Assembly: GCF_009914755.1 (NCBI RefSeq)
Contig: NC_060933.1
Reading direction: 5' to 3' (one strand)
Source: the human T2T-CHM13v2.0 reference genome, Homo sapiens
Length of the DNA: 64,000 nt
Every line of letters starts with the position of its first letter. Position 1 is the stretch's first letter. Shown piece by piece: positions 1 to 17,365 of this stretch. The notes under the pieces were generated by a model, which worked only from the letters and a program-made list of their open reading frames with translations, was not told where the DNA came from and did no database searches. The position numbers and the translations under genes are program-made.

Positions 1-881
1 GAGAGCAGCTGCCGCAGTATCATCAGCATGGCAGGAAATGCAGGGCTGGCCTCCCAGCAGGATCCCAGAGGACATGAGTCTGCAGGAACTGAGAGTGGCA
101 AATTCGGGGGAAGTCCTAGAGGACCGGGGCGTTTGGGAGACTGAGGCCTGGCAGTGCGGGGGCTTGCTCAGGCCCTCAGAGAACTAGAGGCCAAAGTGGA
201 GTTGGACCCGTGTGTCCTGGGAGCATTCAATCATTGGTTCATTTGTTCACTGATTCATTCAGTACATCTTGACTGAGCACCTACTCTATGCCAGGCCAGT
301 GCCGGTTGCGGGCGGGCATCCGGGACTGAGGGGGGCGAGGTGCTTGGAGTCTCCTGGTGGACGAGGGCATTCACCCAGCCTGGCGCCGTGTTGGGGAAGA
401 GAAGGTGGGAGGTGTGGGAGGAGACCCAGCGCTGGCGTGGGAACTGTTTTGCAAGTGGTAGTCAGCTTTCAGGATTTTTATGAAATGAGGTTTCTTTTCT
501 CCCCTGCCCTTTTAAAGAAGTGTAAGAACGCCGTTGTTGAATCTAGGATTTTCTTTTCTCATCTCTACCCTGTCTCGTGGAGCTGGTTCCCAAACACAGT
601 CAACCATATCAGAAACCTCGGCTTCCCGTGGCTGGGGATCGCAGGCCCCGTTCTTCACAGCCTGGGCCTGCCTCTGAGGTCTGGCACCATGGCTCTTCTC
701 TAATCCCCAAAGGGGTCTCTGGACCCCAAAGAGTTAAGACCCTGTTCGCGAACAAGGTTGTGTGAGGTGTGGCCTCTGTATAAACATCTCGGGCTGAGTT
801 ACTGGGTGGGGAGGGGCAGTGAGGGGTCTTGGTACGTCCCCGCCCATGTACTAGGAGACTGGGTATTAGGAAGGACTTCCC

Positions 882-1490
<609 letters not shown>

Positions 1491-1589
1491 TCACACACAG
1501 GTCAAGAGTGGGGCAGGATCAAGCCAGGACTGAAGCTTGAGCCCTTCTTTTTCAGTTTCTTAAACTTAAAAAGAAAAAAAATTCAACAC

Positions 1590-1918
1590 CTTTTTCTTTT
1601 TCTTTTCTTTTTTTTTTTTTGAGACAGGGTCTGGCTTTGTTGCCCAGGCTGGAGTGTAATGGTGTGATCATAGCTCACTGCAACCTCAAACTTTTGGGCT
1701 CAAGGGACCCTCCTCCTTCAGCCTCCCAAACAGCTAGGAGGACAAACACAAGCCACTGCGCCCGGCTCCACTAATTTTTTTTTTTTTTTTTTTTTTTGTA
1801 GAGAGATGGGGTCTTGCTATGTTGCCCGGGGTGGTCTCAAACTCCTGGGCTCAAGTGATCCTCCTGCTTCGGCCTCCCAAAGTGCTGGGATTCCAGGTGT
1901 GAGCCACCTGACCCAGCC
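1590..1918 (-). mobile_element. Alu (AluJ-type)
   Basis: T-tail, then gagacagggtct...ctcctgggctcaagtgatcctcc (J diagnostics). Confidence 0.92.
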
Positions 1919-3048
1919 TCCTGTTTTATATTACAGAGTTCCTGTATGCTCAATGCCACCAGTGAAAATAATCACGGATATTCACAATCATAATGATAAT
2001 CATAGGGACCCCTCTGCCACCCCTTTCTCCTGCACACATGAAGCACTTATCTGAAATTGGGGGCCTGCATGGTGGACCCCCAGAGCCATCCATCCTCTGG
2101 AGCCTGGAGATGCTGGGGCTGGACTCCGAGATCCTGCCCTGAACCCCTGACCATGCTGAGCACCTTGAGTCGCCAGTCTGCAGGGAGACTCGGGATAACG
2201 GGTTGTTCCTGGTGCCATCTCTACTCCTCCACCCTGGCCTGGCCTGAGCCAGCAATGATGCTGGGACTCCTGTCCCTTCCACTGTGGGTCTGGAATCAAG
2301 CAGAAGATGTGGAAGAAATCAGGTCCGCGGAGGACTTTCGGCTTCCACCTGGCTGTCAGAGAGGTGGGCAGGGCCAGGAGAGCCGGTCCCTCTCTCCCCT
2401 TCCTGGTACCGAGCACAGAGGCAGCTCCCATTCTGGAGTATGGGCTCTGGTCCTGGCCACCTCGTTGGCTAGCTATGTGAGCCTGACGTTAACTGAGTGA
2501 CTACTATGTTTGCCAGGCACAGGAGTGGGCGGTGCAGGTTTGGAGGTGAACTAGAAGATAGGGCTCCTGCCTCAACAGCCCGTGGCCTGTCACTGCACAA
2601 GTCACTCAAATCATTCCCAAGGCACAGCTGCTTGAGGTGCCACCAAGGCCCAGCTGGGGGATGGGGTGCTGGGAGTGTGTCCTGGAGCATGACCCGGCCT
2701 GGGGTGGTCAGAGAGGCTTCTCTCAGGGAGATGCTCTGGTGCCGAGAAGGAAGCGGTGAGTGGAGTCAGGCAGGTGGGGAGGAGGGGGAAGGGCAGACCA
2801 TGTGGAAGACATCCACATGGACGCCCTGAGCCAGGAGGGGCCTTCACCTCCAGAAACCTCAGTTTCTCCATTGGCAAAGTGGGCGGGATTGGCCTCACCT
2901 TCTGGATGTTGGGACGATGGGGCAGAATCGTTCCTGGAAAGCACACGGCCGCGTGCCTGCCTCTCAGATCTCCTGAATAGCCGTTAGAATCACAGATGCT
3001 TATGGCGGATCCCCTGAGCTTGTGGGGGTCCCCAGAGACCATCTGGTC

Positions 3049-3260
3049 CAGTGGTTCTCAACCTGGGTGGTTCTGCCCCCGAGGGGATATTTGGCAATGT
3101 CTGGAGACACTTGAGGTTGTCCTAACTTGGGGAGGGGGTGCTACTGGCATCTGTCTGGCAGAGGCTGGAGATGCTGCTAAGTGTCTACTATGCACAGGAC
3201 AGGCCTCCACGACAGCGACCTGGCCCCGAACGTCAGGAGTGCCGGGGTGGGGAAACCCTG
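3049..3260 (+). mobile_element. MER20 (hAT-Charlie non-autonomous DNA transposon)
   Basis: cagtggttctcaacc...ggaaaccctg termini; internal ggcaatgtctggagac and ctactggcatct motifs; degenerate 8-bp TSD atctggtc / atctagta. Confidence 0.85.
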
Positions 3261-4033
3261 ATCTAGTATGAGCCACTTACTTTACTCACAGGGAAACCGA
3301 GGGGCGTTGTGGGGAAGGGGTTTGCTCAGGGTCCTCCCCCAGCACAACAGGTTAGTGCCAGGCCAGGGGCACAGGCCCGTGTCCCAGCACCAGAGCAGGT
3401 CTGGCGGCAGCGTGTCTGAAGGAGAGAGGGAGGGACTGGCAGGAGGGGAGGGAGGAGGTCCGGGCCTGTGGGAACCTGCAGGGGTGGGGGATGGAGTCAC
3501 GTCTCTCAGGCATCCTGGGGACAAAATTCTTGGGCATGATCTTCATCATAAGCCAGCAGCTCACTCGGGTGCCCACTGCAAGAGGGAGTGTGCAGCTGCT
3601 TCAGGGGGTCCTGACTCAGCCAGCCGGTGGCAGATGGGTGGCACGTCAGGCTGGGACCATGGTGTGAAATCCCAGCCTCACAGCTGTGATTTGCAGGGTG
3701 GTAGAGGCCTGGGGGTGGCTGGGGTGTCTGGGAAGGTTCAGACCCCCCCATCCCGTCTCTCTGCTCCAGTTGAGGCAGGCTCCCTCCTCCACCTTCTGAT
3801 GATGAGCAGGAGGTTACGTAATGTTTGGGTAGCAGTCGCTTTACCCATGCGCTTACACGGGGGCGGTGCAGCCTGGCTTGCCGGAGGGGCAGGTGAGGCG
3901 GGGAGCCTGGGAGGCAGGAGCCCTGGGTCTGAGCCCTGTTTCTGCTGGTGACTTGCTGTGTGACTTTCGGCCTGTCTCTCTCCCTCTCTGGGCCAGTCTT
4001 CTCCATACACAGAGGGTGGGAGCACATCACTGG

Positions 4034-4927
<894 letters not shown>

Positions 4928-7028
4928 TAGCGTGGTCCAGGCTCTGCTGGGACAGACAAGTGGGCAGGGGCACAGAGGAGGCCCGGAGGCCTCAGACCTG
5001 GGGCTGGGCCGACTTCCTGAAAGCAGCAGCATCTAAGCTGGGGCCTGGCGGGAGAGTGGGTGGGCCCATGTTAAAGAAAGCGATATTCTCACGCTTCTTA
5101 AAATGGTCAGGAAGGCTTCACTGGGGACTCTTGCAATAGGTGTCAGGACTATCACAACCTGGGAGAGAGAGGGGAATCAACTCCGAATGCAAGGAAGTGA
5201 GGCTTCACAGCCAATGAACAGGGTGAGGGGTCAGCAGATGGAAACTAAGAGGAGGCCTCCAGGGCAGGGGATTCCTGCTGAACTGACTGGGCAGGCTGAT
5301 GCTGGAGGCGGGACGAGGACTCACACGTGAAGCGAACTGGGTAGGAGGCACTTGATCAGATATCGTGGGGGTGGGGATTCTGGCTACAGCTGGGCCAGGC
5401 AGGCTGAAGAGCAGGGGAGGGGCCAGGGGACAGGTCGAGGCCAAGTGAGAAGAGGGCTCAGAGGAGCCTGTCTGAAGTCTGGGTGTGGAGTATGGGGGGT
5501 TTGGCAGGAGGAAGCTGGAACATCAGGCTGGGCACCCTCTCATGGACATCACCTCATGGGGGGCTTCTTGGGGCCCCTGCTATTGGCACAGAAGGGAGCT
5601 GGGGCCCCACAGTAATAACCTCTGCAGGGGTAACTGGATAGGCCCCCAAAGGCTCCCCACTGAAGCCAGTTTCCCTCTGCAAAGACCTTCACTGCCAGCC
5701 TTTCACAGCTGCTCACTGTGCTGGCGCTGTGCACAGCCTCCATCTCCTTAGAGCAGCCCCTGTGAGCCATCTGCAGGGAGGCCTTTGGGTGCCTTTTGTT
5801 TTGTCTTTATTGTTTTTAATAACCTTTTAGAATCACTCAAGTAACACAAAGTCATTGTGGATAAGTTAGAAGGTTTGCACGAAGAAGAAGTAACCATCTG
5901 ACATCCAGAGATGTCTGGTGACAGCTGGGTGTGCCCCCACATGGGTCATTAAGTCCTGGTGCCAGGCATGTTCCCTCCTCTGCCCAGGGGCCCATCCTGG
6001 CCTGGGAGTCTGGAGTCATGGGCCAGGCTGAAACAGAAGAAACTCAAAAGAAGCAGGGAGAAGGCAGGTTTAAGGGCCAGGACGGGGGTGGCTGTGTCCC
6101 TTCCTCCTGCTGTGGGAAGGGACTTGAGATCCGTGTGCTTTGCTTCCTTCTTGCTTGGCCAATCCAAGCAGGGGCTCAGAACAGACCTCAGGGCTGAGCA
6201 GAGGCCAGTAGACCCTGAGAGTCCTGCCAGGCTGCAGGGATTCTGGGTGGGCCTGCGGACATCACATGCACGGGAGGGACGGATGCTGGGGTCGCACACT
6301 GGCCGGCAGGGCAGAGGACAGGAGAGGCAGGGCGGGCTCCGAGTCTCACGCGTTGCTGTGGATGAATCTCCTGATCTCTCTGTGCCTCAGTGCCTCATCT
6401 GTGAAATGGGATGGTTGGGCCGACCTGCCGAGGGAACCACCCTCTCAGCACAGTGCCTGGGTTTGGGCTGCTATTATGGGCTGTTACAAAGGCCTGTGGT
6501 TCCTGAGCCAGGACCTACCTCCCTGGGCCTCTGGCACCCTTCAAGGTGTTCTGGGGTGGGGACAGGGAAAGGTGCAGAGGGCTGGCCTATTCACAGCCTC
6601 CTGCTTGCTGTGGGCACTGCTGGGACGGTCATGTGCCCGCTATGGTCTGACTCAAGAAGAACTGCCCTCCCTCCCACATCCTGCTCCCTCTTCTCTGCCC
6701 TCCCCCATCCTCCTCCTCCCCTCAACCGCCCTCACTCCGGCAGCAGCAGCCACAGTACTGGCAGGAGGCTGGGTGCCTGAGCTTCACCTTCCAGGCCGCA
6801 GAATTTTCAGGGTGCCACCCCTGGGTGCCCCACATGTCCCTTCACATGTGCCCAGGATCCATTCCAGCCCCTTAGATTCCTCTTCGTTGGGGAGGGGGAC
6901 GGTGGCTTTTCCATGTGCGTCCTCTCTGTATGGACCCTAATCAGAGTGCCGCGCGCACCATGCGCGGTACTCCCATAACCCTCTCCGATGTTCGAGGGGA
7001 GGGTGGAGGCTTTGTGTGGATCACATTA

Positions 7029-7696
<668 letters not shown>

Positions 7697-8597
7697 TTAA
7701 ACTGCCTACAGGAGCCAGTTTGTGAATTGGGTTTAGAACAACACATATTTAAGTTCACAATTCTAAAGATCACACTCTCGACTCATTTTTGTGCTAAGCC
7801 CTGTGGTTACATGCACCATGTCCCCTGATACCAACAAGAGGGGTATGAGAACCATCCCTTGTTATGGATGAGGAAACTGAGGCTCAGACAGGTGAGGGCG
7901 TTTGCTTGAGGCTGTACAGGCAGTGAATGGCAGAGATCTGTCCTGGGATTGGGAGTGCAAAGCCATTCCGGCGTCAGCCGCGTAGGGATCTGGAGGGTTT
8001 TGTGCTGGGCACTGGGACTGCAGGGTGGACAAGTCCAGTTGGAACAGCCAGGATCCCCCCATGCTGTTTACCCAGTTCCCTGGGAACAGAGACTGAGGGG
8101 CAGGGTGTGGGCATGTGGGAGGAGCCACCTGCTGGCTCCATATGGTGGTCTACCCACCAGCACCAGCAGCAGCCCACCCAGCCTGATGCCAGGAGGGGCT
8201 CAGCAGAGAAGGTGGGGAGGTGGGAGGGTCTTGTGCAGGCATGCGGCTTTGGGGAGGCCATTCATGTGACTCTTGTTTTAGCCCCCTTGGGTGGAGCACA
8301 GGGCTGGGTGGCCAAGTGCTCACTCTGTGTGCAGTATCTGGGTTAATTCCTATGTCAGTTCGTAACCCCCTTATGCAGACGAGGCTAGGAGAGGTGAAGT
8401 CTGTATCCAAGGTCACACTGCTAGTGAGAGGCAGAGGTGGGACTGCGCCTGTGCCTATCAAGTCCATGGCCCCATGGGGCACCATCTCTTTGAACAAGGA
8501 GCCACAGCTTTCCTGGGCCCCAGGCAGGCGATGTTGGTGGTGGGTGGGTGATGTTGGCGTCTCCTTTACCCTCTCTGGCCCGGTCTGCTGCCTCCAG

Positions 8598-8736
8598 GTA
8601 CAAAGGCTTCATCAAGGACTGCCCCAGTGGGCAGCTGGATGCGGCAGGCTTCCAGAAGATCTACAAGCAATTCTTCCCGTTCGGAGACCCCACCAAGTTT
8701 GCCACATTTGTTTTCAACGTCTTTGATGAAAACAAG
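8598..8736 (+). CDS. NCS1: NCS1 (neuronal calcium sensor 1 / frequenin) coding exon 3, 139 nt, W30 (last base) to K76
   Basis: Translates [46 protein letters not shown], containing the non-functional EF1 (CPSG) and the start of the EF2 loop. Acceptor cctccag| at 8597; donor AAG|gtgagc at 8737. Confidence 0.99.
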
Positions 8737-8843
8737 GTGAGCTGGGGATTGATGGGGCCTGCGGCAGCTGGCTCAGCTCCTGTGGGTACCCGCAGCGTCT
8801 CCACACCCACTCTCTCCTGCCGATGTTCCCTTCTAGAGAAGGA

Positions 8844-9252
8844 ACACACACACGAGTGCATACTGACATGCACAGATACATAGTCGCACATAAATGCATG
8901 CACATGTACACATGCAGACACACAATAAACACAGATGCATCCAAATGCATGCACATGTGTGCACACATATGTACACCCACACATGTACTGACATGCACAT
9001 CCAAGCTCTCACACAGACGTGTATGTGCACATGCAGGCGAATACCATGCACACATGTGGGCACACATACATGGAGATGCAGCCACACACGTGAACATACA
9101 TGTATATTCATACAGTGCACAGAAATGCACACATATGCACACAATGCATGGACTTGCAGGTGCACACACGTGTACACACAGAGAGACATATACACATATG
9201 CATATGTATACAGTGCACAACACACATGCATGTATACACATGTACACCCTGA
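8844..9252. repeat. Degenerate (CA)n/(CACATG)n purine-pyrimidine microsatellite, about 400 bp
   Basis: Alternating cacacatgcacatgtacaca... pattern throughout. Confidence 0.95.
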
Positions 9253-9316
9253 CACTTCTCTTACAAGCATAAAATGCAAATACCTCCCATGATAATAACA
9301 GGATTAATAATAATAA

Positions 9317-9672
<356 letters not shown>

Positions 9673-10490
9673 TAATGAGGCCTTACAAGCACCTGGGAGC
9701 TGGGTATTTTAATACCCATTTTGTAGGTCAGGAAACTGAGGCTCTGAGAATCGTAGGCTATAGGATCTTTTGTTCCTGGCGTTTTCCACTGAGCATCATG
9801 TTTTCAAGACTTACCATGTGGTAGCTTGTGTCACCTCCGGGCAGTGGCTGCACGGATAGCTGTTGGGTTATCTGCGATGACCCTGATTCTGTCCTGCAGT
9901 AGCATTTGAGGGTGGATTTACTGCCACTTGTCTCTGTACCCCCTGCTGCTGGCACCGTGGAGGTTTCTATTCTATCCCATCCCCAGCTTCTCCCAGGTGC
10001 CCCCAGGCTGGGAGTCACATGCCTGACCCTGGGAAGGGCTCTTCCCTTCTTGGGCCTCGGTTTCTTCATTTGCAAATAAGAGGTGGAATTAAACAACCTG
10101 CAGCGGCCTTTCCTCTGCAAAAGCCCATGAGCCCACAGCTCTAGGCCGAGGGGCTTCCGGGCTGTTGCTGAGAGGAGCTCAGGCATTGGTGCTTCTGGCA
10201 CCTTCTCCCATCAAGAGTGGAGTAAGCCTCTCCGTTCAGCCTCAGTCCTTCTTCCTGTGCCTCCCTCCTGGCCTCTCCCACTTCTAACCCCCCACACAGT
10301 CCCCCAGCCTCTGCTCCCCACCCTCTCCTTGCCTCTCGCCCCCCATTCCTTCGAGCCTGCCCTCTCCACCTGAGTGTCCATTGGCCACAGTGTCTGGAGC
10401 CTGCGACTGCCCCTCGCCCGTCCCGAGGTTCAGCCTGACCCGGTGGCCTGGCCGGCACTGACTGAGGCAATCCCCTCTCTCTCCTGTCAG

Positions 10491-10569
10491 GACGGGCGAA
10501 TTGAGTTCTCCGAGTTCATCCAGGCGCTGTCGGTGACCTCACGGGGAACCCTGGATGAGAAGCTACGGT
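10491..10569 (+). CDS. NCS1: NCS1 coding exon 4, 79 nt, D77-R102 plus first base of W103
   Basis: [26 protein letters not shown]. Acceptor ctcctgtcag|; donor GGT|gtaagt. Phase matches exons 3 and 5. Confidence 0.99.
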
Positions 10570-11703
10570 GTAAGTCCTGCCCCCTTGGCCCTGTGTGGCA
10601 GCAGCTGGAGGGCCCAGGTCAGAGGGAGGCAGCCCTCGGCCCTCACCAGGCAGGGGTGCCAGACACCCACTGCAGTGACCACAGATGGCGTCCCAGCTGT
10701 GTCTGCAGAGGGCAGGCCTGGGCCCTGGGCAGGTGGCCCTCACACGGCCACGTAACTAGGCCAGGCTGACTGTCCAGGGTTCAGAGAGCAGCGCAGACAT
10801 CTGTGCTTCCAGGTGGGAGGGTTTCCTGGAGGCACCGGCAGCAGGAAGGAGCTCGCTGAGGCAGGTGGACAGGGAGGGCTGGGGGCAGAGGCTGGCAGGA
10901 GCCTTGGCTGCACTCGGGCAGGTGCAGACTTGGGCCGCAGGAGGGTCGGTGGGGACCCAAGACCCAGGTTCAGTGCCGGACCCACCTCTTTCATAGCCAT
11001 TGCTTTGATTCTTGCTTTCAGTCATTCACTTACTCACTCATTCATTGACCAAATAACGACTGAATGCAGCCACGTGTTGGTACCAGGGATCCACTGGGGG
11101 ATAAGATAGATGGGTCCCTGCTCTCAGGGCGATCAGTCTAGAGTGGCAGCAGGATTTAAAAAAAAACCTCAGGAAACTGCAGGCAAGGAGGAGAGAGGGA
11201 GTTGTGAGCAGGAGAGGACCTGCCTGGTAGGCGCAGAGCTGGGGATGAGAGGAGCTGGGGATGAGAGGAGCTGGGGAGGGGGCGTTAAGGGCTCCAGCCA
11301 GGGGGCCCGCGTGTGCGAGGCCCAGTGGAGGGAGGCTGAGAGGGAGTTGGGAGGGGAAGCTGTGCAGGCCCCTGGCGGCATTAGGAGGAATGCAGGGTGC
11401 GTGGAGGGGAGGGAAGATGGAAACCAGCTGGCCAGAACTCCCTGCTCAGTAAGACTTTCACACTTCAGTCCATCGGCAGCAAGAAGACCCTGCAGTTTCT
11501 TTTTCTTTTTCTTTCTTTCTTTTTTTTTTTTTTAAGAAATAAAAGAGAACTTTATTTATGCAAAAGCTCCTCCTCTCAATGCACTATTTTATTTTCTAAT
11601 GTTGACTGTAGCAGGCCACACCATAATTGTGGGAGCAGAGTGGACTGTGGGGAGGAGGTGGGGGCTGGAGTTGGGGGAAGGAGAGGGGTGCTCCTCTGGG
11701 TAA

Positions 11704-13331
<1,628 letters not shown>

Positions 13332-13528
13332 TTATTTTTTTTAACCCTAGTTGCAATGGTGTGTGTGTGTCTGTCCCTGTCTATCCTGATGTAAATATTA
13401 GTTGACCTGATGAGGAATGGGCCATCCGGTCGCTGACTTCATGTTGGGGTACAGAGAGGAGGGGCGAGTTGAAGACCCCTCCCCACTGCCCCAGCCCAGG
13501 ATCACTCAGCAGTGCTGCTTGCTTACAG

Positions 13529-13617
13529 GGGCCTTCAAGCTCTACGACTTGGACAATGATGGCTACATCACCAGGAATGAGATGCTGGACATTGTGGATG
13601 CCATTTACCAGATGGTG
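13529..13617 (+). CDS. NCS1: NCS1 coding exon 5, 89 nt, W103-V132 (EF3)
   Basis: GG+GCC completes W103, then [29 protein letters not shown] with a canonical EF-hand loop. Acceptor gcttacag|; donor GTG|gtgaga. Confidence 0.99.
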
Positions 13618-13959
13618 GTGAGAAGCCGGGTCTCGTGTGGTTAGGGGTGGCAGGAGGGGCAAAGCCAGTGACTGAGAGACAGAGAGAGAGCACTTGTGCA
13701 GCCATGCTCCCGCCCAGGGTGGAAGCAGGGGTCACTGGCTGAGCCGTTCTGTACATCTCTGCCTGGGCAGGCAGGCACAAGCTGGTAGATAGTGGGGCTG
13801 GGGTGTGGGATGTTCCAGGGCACAATGGCAGGGATGGGGAGGGGAAAGAAGAGGGGGGGGGCCTCATCTGGAAACTGCCAGGTCTGGGGGGCAAATGCGT
13901 GGCCAAGAGCCCAAAGCCCAGAGTGCCAGGGCCCACCCCCGCCTTGTCCGTCCCTGCAG

Positions 13960-14037
13960 GGGAATACCGTGGAGCTCCCAGAGGAGGAGAACACTCCTGA
14001 GAAGAGGGTGGACCGGATCTTTGCCATGATGGATAAG
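13960..14037 (+). CDS. NCS1: NCS1 coding exon 6, 78 nt, G133-K158
   Basis: [26 protein letters not shown]. Acceptor tccctgcag|; donor AAG|gtgagg. Confidence 0.99.
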
Positions 14038-14248
14038 GTGAGGTGGGGGGGCGGGGCTGGTCCTGGACCAGGGAGGCAAGGTGTCGGGGGCAGGAATTGG
14101 AGTCCCTGGATCCTGGGCCTGGCTTTGCTGCCAACCTCCTCCATGGCTCACGGCAGGCGGCACGGTGTCCTATCCCTGCTCAGCAGCTAGCCCCATCCAG
14201 TGTCCAGAGTCTTAAGTCAGTTTGCTCAGCATGTTTTCTTTAATCAAC

Positions 14249-14724
14249 CAGAGTCCTTAGCCTTTTTTTTTTGTTTGCCATGGACCCCTTTGGCATTCTG
14301 GAGAAGCCTACAGACTTCTCAGCATAATGGCTTTAAGCGCATAAAATAAAATCCATAAGATCAAAAAGGAAGCTGATTATTTTAGAAAACAGCTGTCAGA
14401 GTATTTTAAAAAAAGAATCTGTGATGTAGCGTTCTGTGAGCTGCTTTCTTAACGCATTCACTAAGATGTAGTGGTGGGTCCAGCAACCCCCGAAATTGCG
14501 AGCTGTAATATCTGCAGCAACTAGGGTGTGTTATGAAAATACCTGTGATCCCTACTGTCGACAGATCACAGGTACTGCAGGTCCTGTTGGGGACCGTCGC
14601 CTAGGTTTCCATCAAAGGAAAAGCTACATTTCAGTTAGAGGTTAGTAAAAAAAGGCTGATTTTTTTTCCCCCAAGTTCATAGACCTGCTGACTTCTATCC
14701 ACAGGCCCAAGGTTAAGAAACCCT
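14249..14724 (+). mobile_element. hAT-Charlie DNA transposon relic (MER119-like)
   Basis: ccatggacccctttggc...gaagcct...ataaaataaaat start and aggttaagaaaccct end resemble MER119; subfamily call is from memory. Confidence 0.55.
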
Positions 14725-14728
14725 TCTC

Positions 14729-15660
<932 letters not shown>

Positions 15661-15787
15661 CCAAAGAAATAAGGAATCCTTCTTTAAATCAAACTTACTT
15701 AAAACTAAAATAACTTAAATGTAAATTTGAAATAATGACGTTAGGGAAATCCAGGTGTTACGTGCCTTCAGCAAAATAACATAAAAT

Positions 15788-16075
<288 letters not shown>

Positions 16076-17266
16076 TCAATCGATCAGTCAATCATAGAAA
16101 TTCCTGTAACGCAGGGCTGCTTATTAGATTCTGGCTGGAGACAGCTGTTTGCCCTAAAAGCTTTGACCTGAGGCCTGTACTTTCTTAATTAAAAAAGGGA
16201 GATTAGCCCATGTTAGAGGAGTGGTAGAGACGTGCTGGCCTCAGACCCAGCTGGCGTCTTGGTAATGATCAAAAGATTTATCGACAGAGTGTGGAGCACG
16301 GAATAATAAGTTTCTCGTGGTGTGCGTCCACGTGGCTTAAGGCCAAGGCCGCACATTCCTTACTGTCCCCCTGTCTGCACTTCCGTCATTTTGGGAAACA
16401 GCACAGACCCTGTAGTCACACTGACTGGGGTGTGAATCTGACTTCTCCGTTTCCCAGCCCTGGGGCCTGGGTAGGTGACGGAGCCTCAGCTTCCTCACTG
16501 GTAAAATGGGGATGAGAGCAGCACCCCCTTCTTGGCTTGGCCGTGAGGGTTCCATACACTGAGGGTTGCGCCGAGCTTGGCATATGTCGTGTACGCAGCG
16601 AGCGATCCCTGAGCACAGCTCGGTTGTGCTCATCGGCGCTGTTTTCGGCACTTACCCTCTCTGGATACCCGAGATCGAGTAGGTGCTCTCCGTGGCCTTT
16701 TCCTTGTGGTCCGCCGGCTTCCTTGAGAGATGCTCCGGGGAAGGGATTCTGGCCCAAACATCCCCTCCCCGAGAGACCCACTAAAATTCCTCTTTCTGAG
16801 CCATGTCCAGCCCCCTGCCGGGTCTCCCAGGGTCCAGTGTGGGCTGCTCCAGGAGCAGTTTAAATGCCCTTCCAAGAGTGACCCCAGAGAACTGCACGAG
16901 GCTCTCAGCCTTGTCAGTTACTCACATTGATGGGGTTTAATAGCATTAACCATGACACGTGTGGAGTTACAGGGCACTTCCAGTTGGTCAAGCACAGAGC
17001 TGTCACCCGAGTGCCTGGAGGAAGCCAGGTAATTACCCTCCATCCCCAGGTGAAGAAACATGCCCAGAGAGGTGGGCCACGGCCCAAGGCCACCCTGCCA
17101 TGAGTGCCGAGGTCTGTCTGGTGCTGGCTGCTTGTAGGCCCTGAGCCACGTTGCCTCCCTCCTGATCTAACCTTGGAAGGGCTCTTGGGACCGGCCCTGG
17201 GCTGGGCTTGTCTAGAGCCCTCTCCTGGGAGGCCCTGCACCCTCAGCCGCCTCTCTCTGCTCACAG

Positions 17267-17365
17267 AATGCCGACGGGAAGCTGACCCTGCAGGAGTTCC
17301 AGGAGGGTTCCAAGGCAGACCCGTCCATTGTGCAGGCGCTGTCCCTCTACGACGGGCTGGTATAG
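17267..17365 (+). CDS. NCS1: NCS1 exon 7 coding part, N159-V190 plus TAG (exon continues as UTR to 17382)
   Basis: [32 protein letters not shown], read directly from the sequence (this frame is not in the ORF track). Acceptor ctcacag|; stop 17363-17365; donor TGG|gtgagt at 17383. Confidence 0.99.
   Translation, partial: NADGKLTLQEFQEGSKADPSIVQALSLYDGLV

Noticed and set aside
5959-6940. Overlapping 273-aa and 224-aa ORFs in NCS1 intron 2
   Set aside because: No recognisable domain, alternative start codons, overlap with a MIR, and typical of GC-rich intron.
6978-7004. tRNA T-arm or Pol III B-box (GTTCGA in a hairpin loop)
   Set aside because: No cloverleaf, no A-box at suitable spacing, and the B-box is incomplete.
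13618-13959. In-frame retention of the 342-nt intron 5 (multiple of 3)
   Set aside because: An in-frame TAG at 13642-13644 truncates the protein, so no extended isoform is possible.
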